This document shows positions 48,706-62,133 of a stretch of DNA of 64,000 nucleotides, in pieces; position 1 is the first letter of the stretch; each line of letters starts with the position of its first letter. This DNA comes from Octopus vulgaris. Lineage: Eukaryota. Made by a program: the position numbers and the translations under genes. The stretch lies in NCBI GenBank assembly GCA_951406725.2, contig OX597816.1, positions 141,298,001 to 141,362,000 on the forward strand. The letters are read 5' to 3'. Under the pieces are notes generated by a model, which had not been told where the DNA came from, searched no databases, and saw only the letters and a program-made list of their open reading frames with translations.

Positions 48706-51700
48706 GTAGCATGGCTTACTAGCTGTCCATGTCTATCCACTTTTGAAAACATATATATTTCAAGTGAAATACATTCACTAATTTTGAAAATAGAAATAGT
48801 ACATTTCTAAATCTCTCAGAGAATCAGTATGTAAAAACATTTAATGAGTACTTAAAAAAACAGTTTTTGATGTCAAATGGGAGATCTTGGAAAATGCAAA
48901 TGCTTATACTGAAGTCCCTAACTTTTGAACTGTATTCTACTTTTACTTTGTAGTCTCCCATGTTTGAGAAAGATGACTCCACAATTTCTTGCTGAACACC
49001 CTGCGCAAAGAATTTGTGTATAATGATCAAATGTCTGTGCTGTACATGAACTTACTTTCTCCACCAAACTGACATTGCCTGTACAGATGTTGAAGTGATC
49101 ATAGAGCAATGTGAAGTGAGGTGTTTTGCTCAAGAGCACAATGCACTGACTGGTCCAAAAATCAAAACCAAACCATGATCTTGTGATTGTGAGTGAAACA
49201 CCCCAACCACCAGGCAACATGAAACTGGCAATTTTTATTCCATTATAGAAAAAAATACAACTACACCCACCCACCCAAACTAAAGTCTTCCTATTCACTG
49301 TTAATTAATTATACATTTTATTTATGTTAGCATACAATAAAGTTACTTCACAATTCCATCAATTGAATATCAACTTTCATATGCTAATAATTATTTATAT
49401 GTAATTTTATATCGTTACATTCAACACTTTGCAATATCATTTACATAGCTTTTTCTATCAAGATATACAATTGTTTTAAACATTTTTTTTATTCCTCCTT
49501 TCCTGATTCTCTCTCTGTTCTTCACTCTCTTTGTGAATTCACTGTTATATAAGTTTTCTTTAAAACATCATATTATCTAATAAAGCCACTCCTTTCTCAT
49601 GCCATCTATTTTTTTTATTTTCACATTCAATTTTTCTCTCATACATATATATCAATAATATAGAGTTTTTTAAACTACATCTATTTTTTAAATCAATATA
49701 TTATATGATCGCCTTAAATATTTTTATTCTTTCTACTCTTTTGCTTTTAAACTCTTTACCTCATTTCTCACATCCCTTCTTTCTTTTTGCCTCTATTCTT
49801 TTTTGTCTTTTGCTATTTCTTTCTGTTTTTCATCCTTTTAACTTAGCAAACATAACTTATTTTCATATCAACATTAAATCTATTAAATTTCAGCAACCAA
49901 TCAAATTACATGTTTATTTTCAAATATATCTTGTGACATTTTAATGGTAACTTAATCATATATATATAAAAGTATATTCTCTGTCAACCTAGTACTATCT
50001 GATTAAATAAAGGAAAACTCAGAGTTACACAAGAGGGAAAGAATCAGCTACTATTAAATATATTACTTTATTCTTTGGATTGAATACTTATACTTGTTTT
50101 TCTGCATGCAAACAAATTTTTATAGCTAAATCAAAATGATGCTTCATCTGGGGAAAGATGTAGAAAGAATGAAAAACAATTCTACTGCTATATTTATAGA
50201 CACCAGACAATGTAATTGCCTGTCAATGATGGGCAGTAGAAACTCCTGAATTATGCTTCTGATCGGTCTATGTGTAAGTAAAATTATATAAGAAGTGAAA
50301 TAATGCACCACCATAATTTAAACTGAAATCTTAACCTAATTTTAACTCTATGTGTGTGTGTGTGTCTGTGTGTGTGTGTGTATGTGTGTTCAGTGAGTCT
50401 AAATGTATAATTCCTAAATGTATGTATGTAAATTTATTTATAGCTTATCCACAAACACAATGTTTCTTTATTTAAATAATATTCAATCGCCAATGAATGT
50501 ACTGATATGCATCTAAGCTCTAGTAGTGTTCATCACATTTGCTCATCACGTTTTTTATGATTAGTAGTATACTACTGTCTCTCTTTGCAGAATCGATGAA
50601 ATAAGCATTCTTAATAAGCTGATAATGACCAACTGAATCTAATTGGTTATTCTTCTGTTAATTCTGCAGGAAGATCCCTGCCATTTAATCTCAGGTTTCT
50701 TAGTCTGAAGATCCTGACTTGGATGAAACTACTAGTCACAGTAATGCACTGCACTTTTCAGTACACACACACTGAAATTGTTATTTTACAAATGTTTTGA
50801 GTTCTCTTTTCTTTGAGGTGGTTGTATACAGGACTACTATACTAATCTGTCTGGCTCTGTTCATTCACTCATTCATTTATCTGTCCATTTTTCTTTGTTA
50901 ACATAGTACGATGAGTGCATATTATTGTGGCATTGTTTTACAGCTAGAACCCCTTCCTGTTGCTAACCCTTACCAGTATTTTTGGGTTAGGATTTTATTA
51001 TTTCACTTGACTTCAAAAGCATGGAACTACATGTTGAATTATTTATAACAAATGTTAACAAATGTCACTGCTTTTAGCTCAATGCTCTCTCTTTCTTTTT
51101 CTTACTCTCAGTCCTTCCATACCCCCTCTCTCTCTCATTCACACATACACATATAAAATATGTATTCTAGGCTTTAGGATTGGCACGTTGCATACTTGCA
51201 TATTATAAGAGGCAATTAAAAGTGTTTTACTGAAAGAAAAGCATCTGCCAAAAAACACTGCCTTAGAAATCCAATCCAACTCATGCAAACATGCAAAAGT
51301 AAACAAAACAAACTACACTCAATTCTGTACACAAACACACACACACATGCATGCACACACACTCACACACACATACACACACATGCACACACACATACAT
51401 ACACGTGCACACACACACAATGTATGTACATAGGTGTGTATGTGTGTTTATATCTCCTTGTCTTGACACTATATGCTAATTGGTAAAAAACCATAACTGC
51501 CAATAAATGTGGAGTTGTTCATTTGTAATCTTCTTCAAGAACATCTCTGGCCATTATGCTTTCCAGGTTCAAAGCAATAAGGCAAATATTTCTTTGCTTA
51601 GAAACAGGTGAGGTTGACAACAAGATGACCATCCAGATTAGAAAATCTGTCCCAATGAATTTCATCAGACTTATGCAAGCCAGGAAAAATGAACATTAAA

Positions 51701-51757
51701 ATGATAATGATAATGATGATGATATATACAAATGTATCTGCTAAAAATATAGAATAT

Positions 51758-51915
51758 AGGCACAAGCATGGCTATGTGGTAAGAAGCTTGCTTCCCAAGC
51801 TCTTGGTTTTGGGTTCAGTTCTATCATGAGGCACTTTGGGTAAGTGTCTTCTACCATAGCCTTGGGCTGACCAAAACTTTGTGAGTGGATTTGGTAGATG
51901 GAAAGAAGCCTATCA

Positions 51916-52000
<85 letters not shown>

Positions 52001-52495
52001 GTGTGTGTGTGTGTGTCTATATATCTAATATATCTATGTGTGTGTGTGTCTTTGTGTCTGTGTTTGTCCTCTGTCACTGCTTGACAACCAGTGTTGCTGT
52101 TTACTACATCCCTGTAACTTGGCAGTTTGAGAAAAGAAACCGATTGAATAAGTACTAGGTGAGCTGGCAGAATCGTTAGCACACCGGGCAAAATGTCTAG
52201 TGGTATTTCGTCTGTCTTTACGTTATGAGTTCAAATTCCGACTTTACCTTTCATCCTTTCGGGGTCGATAAATTAAGTACCAGTTATGCACTGGGGTTGA
52301 CATAATCGACTTAATCCGTTTGTCTGTCCTTGTTTGTCCCCTCTATGTTTAGCCCCTTGTGGGTAGTAAAGAAATAAGAATAAGTACTAGGCTTAAGAAC
52401 TAAGTCCTGGAGTTGATTTGTTCAACTAAAACCCTTCAAGGCTGTACTCCAGTATGGCTGCAATCAGATGACTGAAACAAGGAAAATAATAAAAG
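51758..52495 (+). mobile_element. SINE family B with a nested family C SINE (52160-52377)
   Basis: 14-bp duplication gaataagtactagg at 52146 and 52378. Confidence 0.85.
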
Positions 52496-53441
52496 AATAA
52501 TAACATAAGAACAGAGAATGGGGAAATAACATGAATGTTACTGTTCCTTCAGGTTTATGTAAGAAAGACCTTATGGATTACAAAGACATATAGAATGGTA
52601 TTTGTAGATATTAAACAATTTTCATAATGATCTATATGTAAAATGTGCATATATCTGAACATTTTAAACTGTATTTTAGTTATAAATAGAAGAGGCAGAT
52701 GAAACGTTAATATTGCTGGAAATAAACTTTGATGTGGGGTTTTTATTGAGTGAAATGTTATAAAGAGTTACTCTAATATATTGATCTTTATATCAATTCT
52801 GCATTAAACTCCAGCTTCATGCTTGTTTATAGAATGATCAAACCTTAAACACACCTACATGTTTATATAGCTGTTAAATTTATGCTGTCACTACACAGTC
52901 TTACCAACAACTATTTTTCCCCCCATAAATCAAAGAACATGGTTCTTTGACTTAACGTGGTTGCTGAACCTGGTAGGAGTAGCAGCCAAATCTTTCTTAA
53001 TACCTTATCATAATTGAAATAATGTATTCCTAGACGTGCCACTAAAAAGGCAGGGAAATATATTGCTGGAAGGCTGTTGTCAGTAGGTTTGTGCAATTGG
53101 GCGGGGTTGACCTGAAGCTAAACATCAGCAACTATTTTCTTTTTCTTTCCCAAATAGCTATGTCTATATATGGTAATACTTGTCCATTTGTCTTAAAACA
53201 TTTTCTCAACAATTTCACCATTTATCAACAAATAGTCACCATTTCTCAACAAATGTTTTCCCAAATTTGCATAAAAATCCAAAATTATTTCTCAATAATA
53301 CATGAATTCAAAAACCAGATTCAAGGCACTCCCTGGGCAAAACAAAGTGGAAATGGGAAAACAGATGATGCTTGACAGATAGCTGTAATGTGCTCATATA
53401 CACTCTCTTACATATGTTCTCCCTTATATGACAATGTATAA

Positions 53442-53482
<41 letters not shown>

Positions 53483-53486
<4 letters not shown>

Positions 53487-53940
53487 TCTCTCTTCTCTTC
53501 TCACGTGACCGCCGGTCAACTATAGCCTTTCGGCTTCTGAGCACCGCCACGACAACATCGATATTTTCGTCTGCCGTAAGGCATTATTTTTCAAATACGC
53601 CAGCTAAGTTGAACTGTCTAAAGTCGAAAGACGCCTGTTGTTTTTGTCCTGTTATTATTATTATTGTTTTTTGTATCTATATTCGTGTGGCATCGTCCGT
53701 TTTTCTGTCCTTGTTTCGTATATATTCAATCCTTTTTCCAAGAAATCTAGTACTTGTAGCTTAGTTTTTTCTTGGGGCTGGCCGGATCGGAGCGATCTCA
53801 AGATTAATCAGCTGAAATTGCGAGGATGATCTGGTTCTTGACTGAAGATTAGAGGCTTCGAATGACCCGTCCGTTTTTTGTGTCGTCTATTTGAATGTTT
53901 TGCGTTCTTGTCCCGTTTTGTACTTTTATAAATATTTTTT
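53483..53940. repeat. Unclassified CpG-rich dispersed repeat in (TA)n (copy 2 of the 8340 family)
   Basis: Homologous to 8340-8700; (TA)n tracts on both sides. Confidence 0.65.
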
Positions 53941-54069
53941 ATACATAAATTATTGCGGTGTAACGTACACCTTGTTCTCTTATATGTATGTAAGCATTCC
54001 ACTATATATATGTATATATATATATATATGTATATTTATATATATATGTATATATATATATATATATTC

Positions 54070-54570
54070 ATGGAAAAATGTGATCAATAGAAATAATATT
54101 CTTAAGATTATAAACCTGGAAAATTACAGAACAAGTTATTACACCTACAACAAATTCACAATAATATTTGTTTGAGTTATTGCCAAGTCTTCACATTTTT
54201 AGTCTTGACCCAATGCCTGTTTTTTTTACATAAAGTATTTTCCTACCATATATGCTATTCTACTTTACATAAAACTAGATATATTGGTACTTCTGGTTCT
54301 CATTTTTTAAGCATTCTACTGGGTCAATATTTTAACAAAATGCTAGTACCTTTTTTAATTATAGCATTACTTTGTAAATTAAAATCAAATAATTTTCAAT
54401 ATTCAAATTTTATCCTAAGCTGCAATATTTTAAGTAAAAATTTTCTTGTTATGTACTTTATCAGATGTAATAAGTTGTCCTGAACTTTTCCAAGTGTAAT
54501 AACTTGTCCTGTAATTTTCCAGGTCTATAATGTTAAGAATATTATTTCTCTTGCTCACATTTTTCTATGT
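54070..54570. mobile_element. Foldback/MITE-like element with ~75-bp TIRs
   Basis: aaaaatgtga...cctggaaaattacagaacaagttattacac inverts to gtgtaataacttgtcctgtaattttccagg...tcacattttt; 30-bp subterminal tandem at 54468-54525. Confidence 0.65.
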
Positions 54571-55365
54571 AATCCATATTTTTCCAGGCTATGCTATTAT
54601 GCTAATTAATAATGTGTCAAATGTATCAATTAGCGATGTTCTTGATAATTTTTTCGCTACTTCAATGACATTGGTGACATATATATAAGTCCCCTTATAG
54701 AACTATATTCATAAAAAAGTATAGAAGTATTACCACCCTCAAATTTGAGAAACAAACACTCATAACTTTTTACTTTTAAAAACTTCATTGCATGAGACTG
54801 ATACCATGAAATTCCTTGAATTGAGCTTTATCATTTAAGCTTAATTAAAATATAGTTTGTTTTTAAAATAAAAAAGTTAATTATACTTAAATCTAATTTT
54901 TTGTCTTATTTTTTCATGATATTGTACCTCAACTTTTTTGATACAAATTTTTGTTGCATGGGAACAAAACTTGAAATTCTTCATGTTTTCTTCTATCATT
55001 GAATCTAAGATAAATATATTTTGCTTTTAAATAAAAAAAAAGTTATTTAGAACTAAACTTGATTGATAGCATTACTTACTCTCCTATAATGCTGTTACAA
55101 ATTTTGATGTAAACTTTTTTCTACTGGATCAAATCTCAATTTTTTTAATGCCAAAATGTAGTTAGGGACTAGTCCTCTTCAAAAATGTTAACAGTGTTCA
55201 ATTTGGTTAAGAACTGAATTAGTGACAAGCTCTGAAAGATGTTGCATGTGAGTAAATTGCAGCCTTTAGAACATTATTCAACAACTATTACCATAGTTGA
55301 ATGATATATCATGATCATCATGATCATCATTGCTTAACATCTGCCTTTCCTTGCTGGCATGGGTG

Positions 55366-55410
<45 letters not shown>

Positions 55411-55524
55411 GTATGTATGTATACACATGCACACATACTTATACACTTACATACACATATATATGTTCTTTGCTTCACATTTAAGTTTGTTTATATTTGC
55501 AAAATATTCAGATATTGAGCTCCA

Positions 55525-55955
55525 TAAATCATCATTTAATGTCTGCTGTCCATGCAGACATGGGTTGGACGGTTTGACTGGGCTAGCATACTGGAAGGCT
55601 GCACAAGACTCCACTCTGATTTAGCATGGTTTTTCTACAACTGGATGCCCTTCCTAATGACAATCACTCCAAGAGTGTAATGGGTGCTTTTATGTGCCAC
55701 CAACACAGGTGCCAAATTGTGTGACACTGGTATCTGTCACGAATGCAATTTTGCTCAGCTTGATGGGTCTTCTCAAGCATGACATAATGCCAAATGTCAT
55801 AGTCATTGCTTCTGTGAGGCCCAACGCTTGAAAGGAACTCAACTACCTTGCCTTTGTAAGGTCTAACACTCGAAAGGTGTTCTTTACGTGGCACCAGCAT
55901 GGGTGCACTTGGCTTGATGAGTCTTCTCAAGCACAGCACATCACCAAAGGTCTTG
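55525..55955 (-). mobile_element. SINE family A relative
   Basis: ggttggacggtttgac...ctggatgcccttcctaat; gcttgatg.gtcttctcaagca occurs twice. Confidence 0.7.
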
Positions 55956-56061
55956 TAATAATGATTATCAGTTTACTGAAACATGTTCATGTTTATAAAA
56001 CTTAAATAATGTTTTCTGAGTTTGTTATTACTATATTTGCACATGTATAAATATGTGTGTG

Positions 56062-56092
<31 letters not shown>

Positions 56093-56271
56093 ACATATAT
56101 AGTATGTGGACGGGGTTATAATCCAAGCAGTGTCTTCATCAAGCACATTCGTATATTCCAGTACTCCAAAGTATATTTGTAGATGATATATTTTATATGA
56201 GAATCGAAAATAATAGAAAATACTGTAAAATATTGGAAAATACTTTTTGCAGAGTAATTACATATCAAAAC

Positions 56272-56581
56272 AGAAGACCGGAAAAATTTGGTATTATTTA
56301 TTTCCCATTACATAGGTTTCATTACTTAATAGTAGTTACAAAGATTACATTTAGAAAAACATGTAAGATATCTCTTATTATTACTTCTTCGGACAGAAAA
56401 TTATGACTCCTAATTAATAAATACTTAATACTATATTGTAGCACCATCGAATGTAATTTTACATTATTTTAATTGTCTTACATGTCTTACATGTTTTTCT
56501 ACATGTATATACTTGTAATTCCTATTAGGTAATGAAACATATGTAACAGGGAATAAATAATACCAAATTTTTCAGTCTTCT
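56272..56581. mobile_element. Foldback/MITE-like inverted repeat (~95-bp arms)
   Basis: gaagaccggaaaaatttggtattatttatt...aaaaacatgtaaga inverts to tcttacatgttttt...aataaataataccaaatttttcagtcttc. Confidence 0.7.
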
Positions 56582-56801
56582 CTTACATGCATAAAAGTGA
56601 GTTTGGAGGAATATATTATTAGGGCAGATACTGTATTAGCTTTCAGTTAAGTTCTAGTTAATAGCTAACCACTACAATCAGTATTTAACATCTGTGACTA
56701 CAATTTGTTGTTAGTCACTCTGGGAATTCTTCCAATGGGTAATTCCTTGTATGTTTCGCTGGATGGTAAAAATTGTTTGGAGTATATATTATTATTAATA
56801 C

Positions 56802-56951
56802 TAAAGAGTATGGAGACTTGTACATCCACAAACGCAAAGTTGCATTTACAACAATGAGTTGTCACTGCAGTGGCAACTTGTAGTTCATTATAATATGCTG
56901 TATATAACTATAGAATAAATTTTGTGGACATACAAATCTTCGTGCTCTTTA
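56802..56951. repeat. Small foldback with a central palindrome
   Basis: taaagagtatggagacttgtacatccacaaa / tttgtggacatacaaatcttcgtgctcttta; centre agttgtcactgcagtggcaact. Confidence 0.6.
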
Positions 56952-56957
56952 TTATAA

Positions 56958-57008
<51 letters not shown>

Positions 57009-59362
57009 AATATAATTTCAAAAGGAATTACAAAAAAATTCCTATAAGTTAGGTTATTTAGTTAAACAAAACAGAACTGTTTCTGTGTATCTATTACTTT
57101 AAGCAATACTGATTAGTTTGGCTGGCATATTAATATGTGACTAACAGCAAAATGACATTACAACTGTGACATGTCATAAAAATATAAATTACAAACACAA
57201 CAGCAGGGTGTTGTCTTCTTCATCATGTGATGTCTTCTGATTTTTGTATTTCCATTTTCTGTCTTGTCTTGTTCTCTGTCATGATGCTTAGTAGTCTATA
57301 TTCTGTTGTTGCTCTCTTTTCTCTCCAGCTGCCAGTCATGCTTGTTCTTTTTCTTTTCTTTTATTCGTTGGAGTTTTTTCTGTTTCTGAACACACACACA
57401 CACACACACACACATGCGTGCATGTACTTTCACATACCTGCACATATCTAGTTTTATTTATGATGATATAAAGAGACAGACTTTTTAAGGAAAATTGTGG
57501 GGGGAAAATTATCCCATGGTTCTTAATGTAGAAAGAAGAAAATTTGAATCATTGCTAGTTAATAGACGTTGGAAATACATAATTGATAGAAAATTGTTGT
57601 AGACAATAGCTATATGAGGAATAAAAGTAAAAATAAAAGCAACAACAATAAAAAACGCTAGAAAGTTTGGTGAATGGTATGGTTGTGGAGAATAGAATTG
57701 GAAAAAATCAGTAGAATTTGGATTGAAAGTGTATTGTACAAGAAGTGTAATAAATCAGGCAACTAAATCATTGATTTCTCTATTTGTTTATGATTTTGTT
57801 CCTACTTCTATTCCTCTATATTTTTTAATACTATTCAAAAGATTGAGAATATCTATTTTGTCATTCCAGTCTCCATCTTCTGAGCTATTTCCATTGATTT
57901 AGGTTTGCAGTATTCTAAATATTCAACTCCATGGTTCAATTTACTCACCCAGATTATAAACTCTATTCCTTCTTTGGTATGTTGCAAGTCAGCAATTCTG
58001 ATTAGATATGCACCTCAGATGTTGCTATTCGTTGATTTATTAACACTTTTATCCTCACAACACTTTTTTTTTCTCCCTCATTGAATTCCTAACTAAAATC
58101 TCTACTAAATTACAGCTTTATTCACTTACATCTAGTGTCTTATTCATTTAACAGTCCCTTCCACTATTATCTTTTCACAGCATTCACTCATTTATTCATG
58201 CTTACCACACTTCCCATTCAACTTCCCATCCGTTTTATTCCCAGCCACGCTTGTTCATTATTTATCCATTTACCACTCTTGTCTTGCTAACCAGCATGGA
58301 AGAGTAGGAGAAAAAAATGAAAAAGAAAGAAAAATTCATTCAGCTTGTTCATTGTTATTTCTTACTGCACTCAACCATATTCATGCTTCAATAGCCAGCC
58401 TGTTAGTTAAAGGCTGTAGTTTTGCCATTTGACTTCATAGTAAAATCATTTCTGCACACTTTGCTGTGTATAGCATTCAGGTTATTTCTTTGATTAACTT
58501 GTTAGCATCAGCCTCATCTACCAGCAGAAACTTTCACAACAGTTACTCAGCTGGTAAGACTCATTAAATTTTGCTTAGCTTTTGCTTCACCACTGATTAA
58601 TCTGTTGCATTAGTTATCAAATAAGATTATTGTTTTTCAGCATTTAACCCTGCCAAAATGTCACCCTAGATATCTCCCATTTAATGCTCTTTTGAAAACT
58701 GACTTGTGTTTGTGAATTTAACACGGTTTCAGGCTAAGAAATACAAATATCAGCAATTTGACCTTTTGAAGTTACTTTTATTTACAAACTTGTTGTTATA
58801 TTTTATTCTTTGCAAAATTGTTAAATAATAGAGCGACAATTTAGTTAAACATACATATATCAAGGGAGAGATTCTTTTGTTTAATGTTAATTCAATAAGT
58901 TTGACTGTACCAGAAGTATCAGTCTTAGTAATAGTAGAAGTAGTATATATATATATATAGAGAGAGAGGTAGGTACATATGCAAGCACACATACACACAC
59001 GCATATACATACGAATGTATGTATTTGTGTCTGTATGTCACCCCACCATCGCTTGATAACTAATGTTGATGCGATTATGCCCCTGTAACTTTGCGGTTCA
59101 GAAGAAGAGGCGATAGAATAAATACAAAGCTTCCTAAGAATAATTCCTGGCCTTGATTTGTTCAAATAAAAGACGGTGCTCTAGTATGGCCTATCATCTT
59201 TTGAAACGTATTGGATAGGAGGTCATGTTGCTGGTTTTGCCAACAAAAAACACAAGCGCTATTTATTTGATGTTCACAATTTGTTTTTCAGGTTTTCATT
59301 CGATCAGAGTTCTTTCGTTACAATTCAGTGGCCTTAAACGTGGTCCTTTACTTTCTTCGTTT

Positions 59363-59787
59363 GGATCTTTTCGGTTTGAACGGCAGTTTTTTCTAGCGGT
59401 GTCATATGAAATTGTCACCCATAATTATGACCCTAGTATCAATCTATTGCATTTCAATCTGTTTTAGGGTTAGTTAGGGTTAGGGTTAGGGGTGGGGGGA
59501 AGGATATATTTTTTTCTTCAGAAATTTAAATAAACCCAATCTGTTTCTTAAACGAGGGACATATTCATATGGCACAAAATGTTTTCACCTCAATAGACAT
59601 ATTTGATTGGTTGAAATTGCAGAAATTGAAGAAAAAAACAACACATATCTTAAAAACTATAGAATTTTCTCAATAAAGCCAAGAGAAAATGATATTTTAT
59701 AAACACATTCTACCAGTATACGAAGTTTAAAATTTTTTAGTTACCTAGAAATTATGTTAAAAACTGCTGTTCAAACTGAAAAGACCC
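59363..59787. mobile_element. MITE with 28-bp GG..CC TIRs, 8-bp TSD and internal (TTAGGG)n; Merlin-like (tentative)
   Basis: ggatcttttcggtttgaacggcagtttt / aaaactgctgttcaaactgaaaagaccc; flanks cttcgttt / cttctttt. Confidence 0.8.
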
Positions 59788-60451
59788 CTTCTTTTTTCTT
59801 TCTTGTGTCTGTCCTTTTTAATCATCTGCCATGTTGTAATCCACAGAAATTCAAAATCTTTCTCTATCTCACTCTTTATGCCTGTGTATGTATATACATA
59901 TAATATGTGTCCATACTCAGCGGTCAACATTTAGCCGATATTGTCTTAATTTTCTATCTTGCTCCTCTCGGTTTCTTTCCCCTCTTGTTTGCAAAATATT
60001 CTCTATCTATTTCTACCTGTCTTTCTCTTCACATATCTGCTTCTTTTCTCTCTTTACTCATCTTCATTTCTTCCTCTTATTATCACTGTCAACTATATCC
60101 TGTCTAGCTTTATTTCCTTGTCTCCACACTCTCTTTCTTCACCAATTTTCTCTGCCACATGACTATCCAATATTTTTAACACTCCTTAAATTTGGTTAGC
60201 CAAGACGTTTTTTTTTCAATCAGCTGTTTACCTTATCATTTCACTTTTGATTGTTTTTTTCCTCCTATCCTAGTACCTCTGGAAAACATGCACCAAGATT
60301 TTTCCTTCTTTTTTTTTGTTATCTTTTGTCATGGAATATCTTATATTTGCAATTTGTATTTTCACTGCTTACATTTGCTTAACTTGTATATCTCTGAAAT
60401 AAAGCATATTTTAACCTACAAAATATAGGTACTATTAAGAAGAGTGGTCCT

Positions 60452-60845
60452 GGCGCAGGAGTGGCTGTGTGGTAAGTAGCTTGCTAACCAACTACATGGT
60501 TCCGGGTTCAGTCCCACTGCGTGGCATCTTGGGCAAGTGTCTTCTGCTATAGCCCCAGGCCGACCAATGCCTTGTGAGTGGATTTGGTAGACGGAAACTG
60601 AAAGAAGCCTGTCGTATATATGTATATATATATGTGTGTGTGTGTGTGTTTGTGTTTGTCCCCCTAGCATTGCCTGACAACCGATGCTGGTGTGTTTACG
60701 TCCCCGTCACTTAGCGGTTCGGCAAAAGAGACCGATAGAATAAGTACTGGGCTTACAAAGAATAAGTCCCAGGATCGATTTGCTCGACTAAAGGTGGTGC
60801 TCCAGCATGGCCTTGGTCAAATGGCTGAAAACAAGTAAAAGAGAG
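60452..60845 (+). mobile_element. SINE family B, best-preserved copy
   Basis: ggcgcaggagtggctgtgtggt A box, gggttcagtcc B box, ttgggcaagtgtctt, internal (TA)(TG)n, aacaagtaaaa(ga)n end. Confidence 0.9.
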
Positions 60846-60855
60846 AGAGAGAGAG

Positions 60856-61420
60856 TACATGCGTTCGCGTACTCGCGCATCTGCGCTAGCTAGTCGATCC
60901 TACAAGTAGTCGATTTTAGCTCACCAGGCAAACGACGAGATACGTGGATGCACGCTACTAGTTGATTTTAACACAGAGGTAAACAACGAGATGCACGGAT
61001 GCGTGCTACTTGTGAATGGAGCGGGGTTAACCATGTAATACAAAAAGAAAATTGTAGATAAAATAAATATAAAAGTGAAAAATAATCATTGAATACTGAA
61101 AAAAACATTCATCTCCCCTAACCCTCAACCTAACCCTAAACCCTAACCCTTAACTCTTAATAAAATATGGGAAAAGCTGGAGATGAATGTTTTGAAAACA
61201 TTCTGAACTATTTTTCAGAATGGTTCACTTTTCAACGAAATATCATTTTGTTATTTTTCACGTTTTTATTCAATTTATCTGCAATTTTCTTCTTGTATTA
61301 GATGGATAACCCACCCTCCATTTACAGCAAGTAGCGCACGTCTCGTTGTTTACCTGTGTGCTAAAATCGACTATTTATGACCAACGTGCTCGCATGCGCA
61401 AATTTGTGACATGCACACTC
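60856..61420. mobile_element. Foldback element with central (CCCTAA)n
   Basis: ~60905-61085 inverts to ~61250-61375; tagtcgattttag...aaac.acgagat.c unit duplicated in the left arm. Confidence 0.75.
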
Positions 61421-61492
61421 CCAGAACTTGGATCCACACTTCTACAGTAGTGGCAAATTTTGGAACTGAGTTTGCACCCCCTAAGAAAATTC

Positions 61493-62133
61493 GGATATTT
61501 TCCTTTTGAATGGCAGATGTCAACACAATTTCTAGTTAACTAAACACTTTTAAACTTCATATACTGGTAGAATGTGTTTATAAATCATCATTTTCTCTTG
61601 GTTTTATTGAGAAAATTCTATAGTTTGTAAGGTATTTCGTCTGAAAATCCGAGCATTTCGGCGATTTTAACCAATCGATTACCTCCATTCAACTAAAATC
61701 ATATGCTGCGTCTAAAACTGAGACAACATCCTGTAACTAACCCTAAACCTCCCCCCTAGCCCTAACCCTAACCCTAAATTTTTTTTTCTTAATTGTTAAA
61801 TTAATTTAATTCCATTGCTTTAGTTTTTTTTACACGCGTAACAATTAAATTAATTTAACAATTAAGAAAAAAAAAAATTAGAGTTAGTGGGGAGGTTTAG
61901 GGTTAGTTACAGGATGTTGTCTCAGTTTTAGACGCAGCAAATGATTTTAGCTCAAAAGAGAGCATAGGATTCGTTAAAATTCGAAAAATTAAACTACGTT
62001 AAACAAACAAATTACAATTTTCTCAAGAAAGCCAAGAGAAAAAATGTTTTATTTTGACACATTCTACCAGTATACGAAGTTTTAAAGTGTTTAGTTAACT
62101 AGAAATTGTCTGCCGTTCAAAAGGAAAAAATCC
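61493..62133. mobile_element. Near-fully palindromic foldback MITE with GG..CC ends, 8-bp TSD and telomere-like repeats
   Basis: ggatattttccttttgaatggcaga / tctgccgttcaaaaggaaaaaatcc; flanks gaaaattc / gaaaattt; shares acacattctaccagtatacgaagttt with 59363-59787. Confidence 0.85.

Noticed and set aside
53845-53880. CTGAAGA...GAAT...GTC, and CTGAGGA-aag..ctt in the 8550 homologue
   Set aside because: GAAA and stems I and III are unsupported in both copies
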